DNA from: Adineta vaga
Taxonomy: Eukaryota; Animalia; Rotifera
DNA: 64,000 bases
Reading direction: 5' to 3'
Assembly (NCBI GenBank): GCA_021613535.1
Contig: CP075493.1
Coordinates: forward strand, 11,656,001 to 11,720,000
Part shown: one piece after another, positions 11,509 through 23,606 of the stretch
Layout: the number at the start of each line of letters is the position of its first letter
How positions within the stretch are numbered: the stretch's first letter is position 1
Made by a program: the position numbers and the translations under genes
Notes under the pieces: generated by a model
What the model was told of the DNA's origin: nothing
Databases searched by the model: none
What the model saw: only the letters and a program-made list of their open reading frames with translations

Positions 11509-12119
11509 CGTTAACTCTTCTAGTATGTTATATTTTTAACCGCTATAAATATATATCAGCTACTACCTCAGATGATAATTTTCTCATCAGCATCTTTTTT
11601 TTTAAATATTGCAAATGAGACTTTATCCCACGATTTTCTTATTTTTTTTTGCTTCTAAAGTTATCTGGAATAGATTATGATTTGATAAATTAGTTTCCCT
11701 TACAATATCGCAGTCATTTGTTATTATGAACCACATCACAATTAGAAGCGATACTCGATCAAATATTCAATCACTCAACATGAAAAACTTCTAATCAATG
11801 TCGAAAAACGTAAAGATATGGTTCAATGCCTAATCTTCAAAAACTAACCGCAGGCTTCTGAAAACAACCAGGAAATACGTTAAAATGGACCCCCATAGAT
11901 AAATGTATTACTTGGTTTTAAAGACATTCAGCAAATACCGTAATTATTCAATAAAAAAAAGCAAATTTTCATCTGTAATAACTTGTGAATTCAAAAAATC
12001 TGTTTATAACAATACTGAAAATAGAAGTTGATATGAATTCGAACCATCGAATGGTAATAGTATTATTTATATGATTCGTCTTGACGATGATCAATGTTCA
12101 AGATATATTGAACATGTCC

Positions 12120-12401
12120 CTACAGAGTCACCATGAAAAATGAAGAAAACAGTCGTATACTTTCAGGATCCGTAGGATTTTTCTTTGTTGCATTGTTATG
12201 TATGACGTATGAAAATATTATGATTGTACCTACTGAAATTATAAGAGCACCCAATAGCATTGTCCTAAAGCTCTGTACATGATTCTGTCGACGTCTTGTT
12301 GTTATGCAATCAAATGGTCCATTTAAATTCGATATTTTTCTTCCACCAAACACCTCTATTGATCTACTTGGATCTATGTTGTATACTTTATGATACTTCA
12401 T
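12120..12401 (-). CDS. Small single-pass membrane protein or first exon of an unresolved gene
   Basis: 93-aa ORF with one TM segment (LLGALIISVGTIIIFSYVI). No convincing continuation found. Confidence 0.3.
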   Translation of the reverse strand: MKYHKVYNIDPSRSIEVFGGRKISNLNGPFDCITTRRRQNHVQSFRTMLLGALIISVGTIIIFSYVIHNNATKKNPTDPESIRLFSSFFMVTL

Positions 12402-12815
12402 TCTTTATGTGGACCTAATTTTGTTGTTTAGGCATGCATGTGGATTTTAATCTACATTTAGTTATATTTGTTTTTCGAAATAATAAAAAGAAATACAATA
12501 TTTATTCTTTTCCTATTAAAAGATCATATTACACAGAAGAGAAAAAAGCCAACTATTTCATGTGAAGATATGTGTTTCGTTTATCTCTATAAAATGTCGA
12601 AAGAAAAAATCGAGATATTATCATTTTAACTTTTACAAATTGATTTACGTAAGATATTTTAGAGTTTTATCTATAAAAAGTGCGAATACAATTCAAAAAC
12701 TCAACTATGATTCAATCGAATGCAGAAGTAGGTGCCAAAAAAATAGTTGTTTTAAAAAATAATTTTATATTTTAGTTTGAATTAGTGAATTCGAATTCAT
12801 CACACAGATCATTGT

Positions 12816-13938
12816 ATGTTGATATTAGACTCTTATAATTTTAATGACAGAGAGCTATTTGCTTTTAGATGGAAATCGTTTCAAAGCAGACAATTCATGT
12901 GCTTAATTGTTTTCAGTGTTATTCTTGTTTTAATTGTAATTATTCTAATAATAAATATGAAAGTGTCAGCAACAAGAGGTAGATGACAAATGTATATTCA
13001 TTGTATATTTTGGTTTATTTGTAGAACCATCAATCAAATTCGAATACAAGAAATGGAAACAAGATGGAATAACAATTGCTGGAGGACATGGAGAAGGAAA
13101 TCAATCAGATCAATTAGCAAATCCAGAAGGAATATTTATTGATAAATATCAAACTATTTATATTGCTGATTGTCAAAATCATCGTATTGTTCAATGGAAA
13201 TATAATTCTAAGAGTGGACAAATCATTGCAGGCGGTAATGAACAAGGAAATCAAACGAATCAATTAAAACATCCAACAGATGTTTTTGTTGAAAAAGAAA
13301 ATTTCTCATTTCTTGTTTGTGATTATGGAAATAAACGAGTCGTGCGTTGGTTTTTTCAAAATCAAACAACGCAACAAATTCTTTTGTTAAATATTCAATG
13401 TTGGAGTTTAGTCATCGATAAACAAGGATATATTTATGTTTCTGATCATGAAAACAATGAAGTCAGACGATGGAAAGATGGAGATCAACAGAGAATTCTG
13501 GTAGCTGGTGGAAATGGTCGAGGAATTGGTCTTAATCAACTATATTTACCTACATATATCTCTATCGATAGTGATTATTCTATATATGTTTCAGATCATC
13601 ATAATCATCGTGTAATGAAATGGAAAAAGGATGCAAAAGAAGGTATTGTTGTTGCTGGTAGAAGTGGTGAAAAAGGTAGTGTGAATCAATTATCTTATCC
13701 TCGAGGAATAACTACGGATAGTTTTGGTGGCATTTATGTCGCTGATTGTGACAATCATCGAATTATGCGTTGGTATGAAGGAAATACGAGCGGTGAAATA
13801 ATTATTGATGGAAATGGTCAACAAAAACAATCGAATCAATTAGGTCATCCAACTGATTTATCATTTGATAACGAAGGAAATCTTTATGTTGTTGATTGGA
13901 GAAATCATCGAATTCAAAAATATGAAATTTTATTTTGA
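12816..13938 (+). CDS. NHL-repeat beta-propeller protein with N-terminal TM anchor, 2 exons (intron 12979-13024)
   Basis: Repeats of VAGG.G.G...NQL..P.GI..D..G.IYV.D..NHR. The frame is open upstream of the ORF-track start and splices to a hydrophobic exon. Confidence 0.85.
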
Positions 13939-14077
13939 TTAATGTATAATTAAAAGAAAAAGGAAATATCACTGTTCCACCGTTTTTCCTTGAAATAAAA
14001 TCTTGAAAATATTCATTTCATTTTTTAAATCATCCATTTTCTTCTGAAGTTCATCGATATCTTTCAAAGTGAACTTT

Positions 14078-16479
14078 TTATTCTCTCCAATAAATCGGTT
14101 TAAACCATAATTTAATTAATAGAAATATCATACATAATAAATCAAGACACATACACATAAATAGAACGGTCTCGAAAATAATTTCTGAACTTCGTGCAAT
14201 TGGTTTTTGTTTATTTCTAATAAAAAATGATGTTTCACTTATTTTCACTGATACTTCTGTATGATGAATACTCGACGTTTCATCAATATCGACAGATAAA
14301 CGATCAGAATCAAAAGTAAATGTTGGAAACCATAAACCACTAAATATCGTTAAATCCGGATCGATTAAATCTTCGGTAATATTAATTATCTTTGTTAGTT
14401 GTAAACTAATCAATTGTTGACTTTCAGGTATCAAAATTCCACTTGAATAATTAAATATTTTTGAAAAATTCAGTTCTTGAACATAATTATTCATTTGACG
14501 AATTTCAGGTCCACACTTAAACCAATACGAATAATCTCGTATCTACTATTTCCTGATAATTCTATTAATACAGGTGAATTCTGAGATGGTAATCGAGCTG
14601 ATGCATACAATGTAAAACCATGTTTATAACAATTTAACAATTTTTGATTTGAAAAAATCAATCTTCCACAATGAAATGTTGTATTAATGAATTCTACATT
14701 AAATGTCAATTCTTGTGAATTTAATAGATGAATGATTTCTTCAAGTTGACCATATGGTTTCTTTAGAAATTGTAAATTTGTTTCAAATTTTGCATTTAAT
14801 TGATAATTTGCTTGACAAGAATTTTCATTTAGTAAAGGTTTATTCTCAATTGGATATTGATGATGATAAAAATGACTAAATTTAATTGACAAACCAAGAA
14901 GAACAAGTAATGTTGTAAAATTTTCGTAAATTGTTTTTGTTTTGTTTTGAAATTTTTTGGAATTTTCATTAGACCAATTATTATTGAGAGAAATAATACA
15001 ATTGATAAGACAATTGTTATAAAAAGGAAGGGTGATGTTTGAAAACATTCAGTACGAAACATATTACGCAAGAGAATATCTCCGAAAACATCAATTTCTG
15101 GTGTTTCAGGATAACCGGTATATTGTTCAATATCGTTTAGTTCGGTATTAACGCTGGCAAATTCAAATGGACAATAGGATTCATTCGTACATTGAGGACA
15201 TGTAATGCTAAAATTTGATTCAGTAGAATTACCTTGACATTGACGGCATAACCAAGGTCCAGTATCGTTTTTATATGTACCAAGTGGACATTGAACAACA
15301 TTTGATACTAAGGAAAACATCCGATGTTTTTTTTCCAAAATTCTCAGCTGATACATAAGTAACCGAATAAAATCCTGGTTGAGATTCTGGAATAATTAAA
15401 AGACTATCTCTTATAGCATTTATTGCATACAATACAGATGTTGTTGATGTTAAAAAGACAAGATATTTTTTAGAAAAATCACGACTATATTGATCCATAT
15501 TTGGAAATCTTGAAAATGGAATGGTACTATTATTCAAATAATGTCCATCGTACGTATCATAATATTCGAAGAATGAAGCCGAATTTTGAATTCCATCATA
15601 TTCATAATCAACATTTGCGACAATCGCTTTGTTGCCATTATTTATCCATTCAACAATCCATCCATATCCTTTTATTTCAAGAAATTTGTTTTTCTGTCTT
15701 CGAACTGACAACGGTAAGATGCTTCGATATTTTCTTTTTAACGAAAAGATAAACTGTATTTAGTGATGGAATACCCAATAGAACTTGTTGATTGTTTGAA
15801 TTAATACGAAGAGATAACTTCATGATTGGATTCAAAATAGATTCACCTAATTCCCATCGATTATAAAATTCAATAGAATGTTTGTTTTCAATTGATAGTA
15901 AATAAATTTTTGTACGAACTAAAACTATTCTTCTTCGTTCCTCTATACTCTCATAATCATTTTCATCGATGATATTTCTCCGTCTGGCCATGTTATATTG
16001 TATGTAAGCTGTTGTAAATTAATCATATCATAATAAAACAGAGAGATATGTGTAAAACCAATAGCAAAACGACCATGAGGATCTATAGTGACAACCATAT
16101 TTGACATGAAATAGTTTTCAAAAAATATAGTATCTGTTTTAAGTACTTCACTATGATCATTATTGCATTGAACAGTTATTTTTGACATAAAACAAGTCGA
16201 TTCATTGATGATTCCAGAAACGAGAAAATACAATTGAGATTGATTTTGTTCTCGACCGATTGATACAGAATGAATAGGTTTTAAATGAAAATCTAATTCG
16301 AAAATTTTGTTTCCATAACCCGAACATTGATATTTAATCGAATCTTCAAGATCAATCATACCTTCCCTAAGAAAAATTAATAAATAATCATTGACTGCTA
16401 ATCTATTCGTATAATATTTGTTTACAGCAGCAGTTTTGTTTAATAAATGTATAAGAATTAAAAGAATATTCATGCGCAT
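14078..16479 (-). pseudogene. Multi-pass membrane protein with Ephrin-receptor-like (GCC2/GCC3) Cys repeat, split across six overlapping ORFs
   Basis: Signal peptide at 16479, CPLGTYKNDTGPWLCRQC..C.QC.NESYCP, and several TM segments. About 5 frame changes with no evident introns. Confidence 0.7.
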
Positions 16480-17090
16480 ATTCGATGAGAATTAAAACCG
16501 AGATATACTCTGATGAAAATCTTCGTAATAGCTATGAAATGTACGAACGTATTTATAGTATTTATACATGACTTTGAAATACGTATGGGATGTATATGGC
16601 GGGTACTTCATTTTTCTTATTTGAACGAAGATTAAAAAAAGAAAATAACTAAATTTCTAGATGATTAATGCCGAGTGTCAACATTTCGATGACATATAAT
16701 ATATTTGCCAAATACAACCATAATCTCAATGTTTTCAATAGTTTATAACAACTTTTTTTCAGATAAGACAAGTAAAAGAACTCTGTTATAACTTTCATTT
16801 ACACATTCATGTCGATGAAGAATTAGGTAATCGATGGATTAATCTTTCGTTTCTGTTCTCAAAAAGAAGTAAAATGCTATGCAAACAATTTTCAGTCGTT
16901 AAGAAAAAAGAACTCTTTCGACTCATTTTTTCATCGGATTTCATTTTTTAACATAAAACAAAATTTCACACGCACATTTCTGCACATGAAGCAGAGTCTC
17001 GTCTTCTCAACTATGTATCAAAAAGACAAAATTTCAGTTTGTCAAGAGTGAAGATTAACACAATAGTGTAACGATTAATTAGTATTTGTG

Positions 17091-18410
17091 ATGTACGGGC
17101 AACAACGTTGTCGAAAAATCGTATTATTTACTATTTTGATTATAATCTTCATTATGGCAGTAACAAAAATTCCACTACAGCAAACTTGGTCAAGAAATTA
17201 TTTATTTCTATCTAATATATCCGATTTGAATGATTGCTATTATATTGTAAAACCATTCTTTCGTTTCTTGTGTGAGAAAAATAACTCCTTTCAACCAGTT
17301 CAATTATCCACTAATTCAGATAATCATATTTGTTACCAATTATATTCAAACAAAAAAGATGCAGATCTATTCTCTCGTGTACACATCCACTTTCAACCAT
17401 TCAAAAATCGAAAAATCCTTTTCTCAGACATTGAAAATTTATCGAATTCCTGTATCAGTTGTCATCATATTCAAATCATTCAAAACAAACTCTACATTGT
17501 ACCAAGAGCAAATGCATTTAACTATCAAACACGTAGTCGTAGTGTGAAGTTGTTAATCAAACAAATGGTAGATACATTTCCCAATATTCCTGATCTCGAA
17601 CTGTTCTTTCATGTTGATGATGCCGTAGAATTACCTGATGGATTCAACGATGTGCTGTTTAATGTACCAATCTTTGCTTTTAGTAAAACTAATAGAACTA
17701 AAAGAGGTTTGAGGCCAGATGGAATAGTTCCGATGCCATGCTTTACCTTTTGGAGCTGGCCAGAGATACGTGCTGGTCGATGGACTAAAATTTCTCGATC
17801 TATTTTGAATACATCCTACAATCTAGAATATAGCAAACGTGTGCCAAAAATATTTTGGCGTGGAGTTCGAAGTTGGAAGAGAATTTGGTTTCTTAAGACG
17901 GCAAGACAATATCCAAATATTATGGATCTAGCACCGGTGAGTTGGCAGAAAGGGATCGATGGTTTAGCATACAAAGCATCGTTTTCATACAAAACATTGG
18001 AAGAACATTGTAACTATAAATATTTAGCACATCTCGAAGGTAGTTCCTATTCTTCGCGACTAAAGTATCTTCTATTGTGTGGCTCGCCTGTTGTTTATGC
18101 TCCTATTCAATATTGGGAAGAATATTGGTATCATCTTTTGAAAGATGGAGAAAATATTGTGTTTTTTGAATCAGCCGGAAATGAAGGAGCATTTAACAAG
18201 ACACTCGAGTTTTTGATGCAAAATGAAGAAAAAGCAAAAGAAATAGGTCGAAAAGGTCAGCAATTAGTACAAGATTACTTAAATGAACATGCAGTGAGTT
18301 GTTATTGGTGGAAACTACTGAAAGAATATGCTAAACTACTAGGATATAAACCAAGTTTACATCGCGATGCTATTTATATTGATGATTTTCTTCTTGGAGT
18401 TTATGCTTAA
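17091..18410 (+). CDS. Glycosyltransferase family 90 (CAP10/POGLUT-like), type II membrane, copy 1
   Basis: N-terminal TM, PDLELFFHVDD, PCFTFWSWPE, FWRG, LEEHCNYKYLAHLEGSSYSSRLKYLLLCGS and AKEIGRKGQ. Confidence 0.9.
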   Translation: MYGQQRCRKIVLFTILIIIFIMAVTKIPLQQTWSRNYLFLSNISDLNDCYYIVKPFFRFLCEKNNSFQPVQLSTNSDNHICYQLYSNKKDADLFSRVHIHFQPFKNRKILFSDIENLSNSCISCHHIQIIQNKLYIVPRANAFNYQTRSRSVKLLIKQMVDTFPNIPDLELFFHVDDAVELPDGFNDVLFNVPIFAFSKTNRTKRGLRPDGIVPMPCFTFWSWPEIRAGRWTKISRSILNTSYNLEYSKRVPKIFWRGVRSWKRIWFLKTARQYPNIMDLAPVSWQKGIDGLAYKASFSYKTLEEHCNYKYLAHLEGSSYSSRLKYLLLCGSPVVYAPIQYWEEYWYHLLKDGENIVFFESAGNEGAFNKTLEFLMQNEEKAKEIGRKGQQLVQDYLNEHAVSCYWWKLLKEYAKLLGYKPSLHRDAIYIDDFLLGVYA

Positions 18411-18730
18411 TTAAAATGGTTCATCAGAACATATACAGATATTCAACTTATTCACATTTACACTTTCCATAAGCTTCAGAGTAATCGTTTTTTGGTGTTC
18501 TTATGAAAGATAGAATAATATGGAGACAATTTTCAATCATTGTAAAAAATTCATTTTTTCTCTTTGTCTTCTGATCATTTAATATTTTCTGCACGCGAAA
18601 AGAAATAAAAACTCGGCAATTATAGTTTTCTTTTTCGTTCCGATATTTTCAGTTAGCAATGGTAACTTATATCGATATATCTATTTACTGTTTTCTAGAG
18701 TAATCATAGGTTGAATGATGTAGTGAACAA

Positions 18731-20065
18731 ATGAAATTTATCATGTATAATTGTCAACATCGTCGAAGTTTATTATTTCTCATCCTTTTACTTCTAGTTT
18801 TCATTATTATCGTGACAAAAAGTCCATCTCAACAAAACTGGTCATCCGTTATAAATAATTTATTTTCAATGAACGACTCGAAATCTAGTGATTGCCATTC
18901 TATTATGAAATCATCTTTCAGTTTTCTATGTGAGAAATACTCTTTAAAATCAATTCAATTGTACAATGATTCCAATGATCATATTTGTTACCAATTATAT
19001 TCAAACAAAAAAGATGCAGATCTATTCTCGCGTGTACACATCCACTTTCAACCATTCAAAAACCGAAAAATCCTTTTCTCAGACATTGAAAACTTATCGA
19101 ATTCCTGTATCAGTTGTCATCATATTCAAATCATTCAAAACAAACTCTACATTGTACCAAGAGCAAATGCATTTAACTATCAAACACGTAGTCGTAGTGT
19201 GAAGTTGTTAATCAAACAAATGGTAGAGACATTTCCCAATATTCCTGACCTTGATATATTTTTTAACGTTCAAGATATGGTCGATCTACCTGATGGACTA
19301 AATAATATACTTTTCAACGTACCAACATTCGCTTTTGCGAAGACCAACAAAGTAAAAGTTGGTTTGAGATCAGATGGAATAGTTCCGATGCCATGTTTTA
19401 CCTTGTGGAGCTGGCCAGAAACTCGTGCTGGTCGATGGACAGAAAAATCGCAGTCCATTTTGAATGCAGCGCAGAAAATATCATATAAACAACGAAGATC
19501 AAAATTATTTTGGCGTGGAGTATGGAATTGGAAACGAATATGGTATATTGATATAGCAAAACAATATCCACATACTATGGATATAAAAGATGTGAGTTGG
19601 AATGCAAGTGTAGATCGTTTTGCTTATGCAGCGTCAAATACATATATGACACTGGAAGAACATTGTAACTATAAATATTTAGCACATCTCGAAGGTAGTT
19701 CCTATTCTTCGCGACTGAAATATCTATTGCTGTGTGGTTCGCCTGTTTTGTATAATCCGGTACAATATTGGGAAGAATATTGGTATCATCTTTTGAGAGA
19801 TGGAGAGAATATTGTCGTTTTCGAGAAAGCTCGAGACGAAGCAGCGCTTAACAAGATGATTGATTATCTATTGCAAAATGAAAATAAAATGAAACGAATA
19901 GGTCGAAAAGGTCAACAGCTAGTACAAGATTACTTAAATGAACATGCAGTGAGTTGTTATTGGTGGAAATTAACTCATGAATATGGTAAATTACTCGGAT
20001 ACAAACCAACTTTACATCGAGATGCTGTTTATATCGACGATTTTCTTCTTGGAACGTTACTTTAG
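18731..20065 (+). CDS. Glycosyltransferase family 90 (CAP10/POGLUT-like), tandem copy 2
   Basis: Same motifs as copy 1; a clear tandem paralogue. Confidence 0.9.
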   Translation: MKFIMYNCQHRRSLLFLILLLLVFIIIVTKSPSQQNWSSVINNLFSMNDSKSSDCHSIMKSSFSFLCEKYSLKSIQLYNDSNDHICYQLYSNKKDADLFSRVHIHFQPFKNRKILFSDIENLSNSCISCHHIQIIQNKLYIVPRANAFNYQTRSRSVKLLIKQMVETFPNIPDLDIFFNVQDMVDLPDGLNNILFNVPTFAFAKTNKVKVGLRSDGIVPMPCFTLWSWPETRAGRWTEKSQSILNAAQKISYKQRRSKLFWRGVWNWKRIWYIDIAKQYPHTMDIKDVSWNASVDRFAYAASNTYMTLEEHCNYKYLAHLEGSSYSSRLKYLLLCGSPVLYNPVQYWEEYWYHLLRDGENIVVFEKARDEAALNKMIDYLLQNENKMKRIGRKGQQLVQDYLNEHAVSCYWWKLTHEYGKLLGYKPTLHRDAVYIDDFLLGTLL

Positions 20066-20652
20066 TTAAAATATTCTATTAAATCAACTTATTGATACAT
20101 CACATGGCATCTAATACGTATATGGAGTTGGAAATACTCATTTATTACATCAGACAGGAAAAGAATGCGTTAATTTCAATCCAACTTTGAGCAAAGCATT
20201 CACTTATCTTTTTAGAGAGAAAAAAGGAAACTTGTTTTAAATCTATTTCTAACTGAAAAACGTTCACATATTAAATTGTAGAGATATAGTGCAAATTATG
20301 AGTATATTTCTAAGAAAAGATAACTATTAACAATCGTTCTAGATTGTAAGTTAGTCTATCTGATTTCTTTGTTATGAATCGACTTATCTTATATTGAATA
20401 GAAAATGATATGATTGGGGTTCTCTATTGCATTCATTTCCTTACTTTTCATATGGATGTCGATTACTTTTTTTGCTTCGATTTTTTATATCTCAATCCTC
20501 TCAAGTAATGGATTTCAGAATGCATAAGATTCACCCATCAATTTCCGAAACAGCAACTACTGTTACACAGCATCATATGTAATGCAATTTAGATTAAATA
20601 GAAGAATAACTTTTATATGTTTTCGAACTATTTTATTTCTTCAAATATAGAA

Positions 20653-21627
20653 TTAAACAAGAAAAAGTTTATCATATCTTGGTGGAAATGGATCTTCATC
20701 CATTTTTTTTTCTTTTACATGACTTATAGTCAATGGAAGTCGAACAAAAACATTGCTATTGAGGCCTTGAACATGAGCTTCAAGATGCAACTCATAACGT
20801 ATAACAAGTGGCTTTCGAGATGACCATTGAGGAGGTGTATTTGAAAATGAAGCTACGATACGTTCAGGTATTTGAATATGATACGTATTTTGCCATCGTT
20901 CATCTTGAAAATTATCGATACCATTCAAATCTTTTTTCATAACAGTATTCTCATCTTTTCCTGCACTACCTAATTGTTGATATTGAATAAGTTTCATTGA
21001 TAATCGAGTAATTGTTATTCGATTTGGATTGTTTAAAGTGATGTTTAATGGACATTTTTCACCCGGAAGAACAATATTTTCATGTAGAATAGCTTGTAGA
21101 TGAACATTTTTATGATTTTGATCTTCTGCTTTACATTCATTTGCTAACATTGATGGTGAGTGATATTGAACAGTTATAAAAGATGCTTTTTGAATATTTT
21201 TTTTATACCATTCTGATTGAACAAAATGAATACGCACAACATATCGAATATATGATCCATTATGACGTGTTGTTTCTAATGTTGAAGGTAAATTATCAAC
21301 AAGATGAAAAGAAAATGGCCAGATATGTTCGCCATGTTCTAGAATAAAATGACTTCCATGATCATCCGATCGTGCAATGTGTTCTTCTTTGAAAAAAGGA
21401 GCCACATGAATATCTGTTGATCTTGTTAAACCTGTTACGCGACTAGTATAGTAAACAATTTCACCAACTAATTCAATCATGATGTTCTTCAATTTCAATT
21501 CAATTTGTCCATCATTTTGGAATGTGACTTTACCTGACACAGTTTCACCTGTTTTGTAAATCATGGTATATTTTTTATCAAATTGAAATGTAATATTGTT
21601 TTGGGATGTACTAGCTCCAGCACCCAT
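20653..21627 (-). CDS. Alpha-arrestin (arrestin-domain-containing protein)
   Basis: Y..GETVSGKV, GEHIWPFSFHL..LPST, YIRY, arrestin-C IRYEL and a C-terminal PPRY (PPxY). Probable start is MGAGAS. Confidence 0.88.
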   Translation of the reverse strand: MGAGASTSQNNITFQFDKKYTMIYKTGETVSGKVTFQNDGQIELKLKNIMIELVGEIVYYTSRVTGLTRSTDIHVAPFFKEEHIARSDDHGSHFILEHGEHIWPFSFHLVDNLPSTLETTRHNGSYIRYVVRIHFVQSEWYKKNIQKASFITVQYHSPSMLANECKAEDQNHKNVHLQAILHENIVLPGEKCPLNITLNNPNRITITRLSMKLIQYQQLGSAGKDENTVMKKDLNGIDNFQDERWQNTYHIQIPERIVASFSNTPPQWSSRKPLVIRYELHLEAHVQGLNSNVFVRLPLTISHVKEKKMDEDPFPPRYDKLFLV

Positions 21628-21959
21628 GATTGTTAGTAATAATTTAACACTCAAGCAACTGTCGTGCAGTTATATACATCAGTGATATATAAAAAAACCA
21701 AAGTCATAGTAACAATCGTTTTGTTATTTTATCGTTCGTTTTTCTGTCATCATGTTTATGATATCTTGTTGACGTCATATAAGGTATGACATCATCTAGT
21801 AATCGTGTTCACTACCTACATATATTCTTGTCAAACAAAACTTCATATATACTGAAAATTAACATAGTCCATTTCACGACAGAGATCGCCCATACAAAAT
21901 CGTAAGTGCTCATTCAATAAAAATTCTGTAGATTTATTGATAATAAATAATATATTTCT

Positions 21960-22270
21960 TTTATATACTTGATGTTGAAATCGAAAATTTGTGTAACAAT
22001 ATTTGCACCATTGTAAAGTAAGTTATCAAAATCAACTCGACCGCTGTGGTACAATAAAACATTCCATCTGTTAAGAGCAGTACCAAACGACTTGTATCTT
22101 TGTCTCGGATATTGTAGCATCTCAATGTGTTTTCGTTTTCCAATTATTTAGCCTGCCTCACTCAAACGTATCTGATCGGGAGGAATGCCTAATTTATCTT
22201 CAAATAATTCTTTTACTTTTTGTATAGTTGCAAATAAATTAGTGTATACACAAATCTTGTCCCTATACGT
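21960..22270 (-). pseudogene. Ubiquitin-like domain pseudogene
   Basis: Reads TIQKVKELFEDKLGIPPDQIRLSEAG*/LENENTLRCYNIRDKDTSRLVLLLTDG against ubiquitin [35 protein letters not shown]. Has a stop, a frameshift and a degenerate diglycine. Confidence 0.8.
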
Positions 22271-22399
22271 AATTCATATGTAATATCCGAGCTTGTTTTC
22301 TAAATATATTACGAAAAAGAAACATAGATAATAGATTGGGCAAATATCAGTTTACTTGATCTCTATTCACTCTTGCCATGATACTACAACTAGCTTTGT

Positions 22400-23324
22400 A
22401 TAATTCACAGGATATAATTGTATTATTCGAATTTAAATTAGTAGCATTGTGCCAATCCTGTTCGTTTAGATCTGTTATCTTTATCATTTGTACTAAACTT
22501 TAATTCAATATTATCACTGTTGAAAACCAATGCCAGATTCAAGGTTATTAAAAACAGTCCAGTTCAGATCAAACACTTGTACATTTGGTAAAAATGTTAA
22601 AATTAATTGTGCCCATCGATTTGTATTAAGATACATGTCTTAAATGATTTAATTTACTTGAAGATGAGTTGGTGTATATGTTCGATGTAAAATGACGTTT
22701 CACATGAAATGATAAATATCGAAGTTGAGGAAAATAGAATAGAAAAGAATCTATTTCATGAATTTCCAATTTATGTTTAATTACAAGATATTCAATTGAA
22801 CTAGATTTATTGGATGCCATCGTCAATGAACCATGTCAATTATAACAACGATTATACAATGATTCACAGTATCGATACATTTAATATCTAATGAAACTAA
22901 ATCAGATAAAGAATTGAAATAAGTTACAAGTTGTTCAAGACGTGTTGAAAGAATATTGTGAAGAGTTAATTTCTGTAATCGGATGAATGATAATGGATTT
23001 AATTGGAAACTCCATTCGATGTTGATAAGGTCAAAGAATCGTTTTGTAATAATATTGACATTTTGTTCGGGATTTCAATACAAGATTGATATTGATAAGA
23101 AGTGGTGGATGCTCTATAAGTTCTTGAAATTGAATATTGAGCTCAAAGAAAACTTCATATACATGTAGAAAATCAAGATATTCTAATATTTCATAGACGA
23201 TTTCATTTGATAAATTTTTAAAACGAGTTAAAGATCGAACAAAAGTTTTGCTATTTCTTCGTTGTTCTTTTTCTTTCATATTGTAGAACGAGAAAGTCAA
23301 ATATGATGACAATACATTACTCAT
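22400..23324 (-). pseudogene. F-box/LRR-like protein, fragmented
   Basis: TRFKNLSNEIVYEILEYLD (F-box-like) and SSIEYLVI...FPQLRYLS (LRR-like) in broken frames. The downstream boundary is approximate. Confidence 0.65.
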
Positions 23325-23606
23325 ATGGAACAGTAGAGCGTTATGTCATTTGTTTCTTTAAAGAAAATTTTTCAAAAAGAAAAATCTGACCGAATGATTG
23401 TTATAGTTAAAATGACGTTTTCGGGAGAAAAAACAACAGGACGGGAAATAACTTACGAAAATATTTATTTAGACATGGTGCAAGAAAAACCGTTCGTTCT
23501 CTTTCTTTTTTTACCTGTTGTGATTTTTTTCTAACGTGTTCCCTTCTTCTTAGCATATAAATACTTGATACACATATTTTTTTCGCATTATTTCAGTCAT
23601 TCAAAA

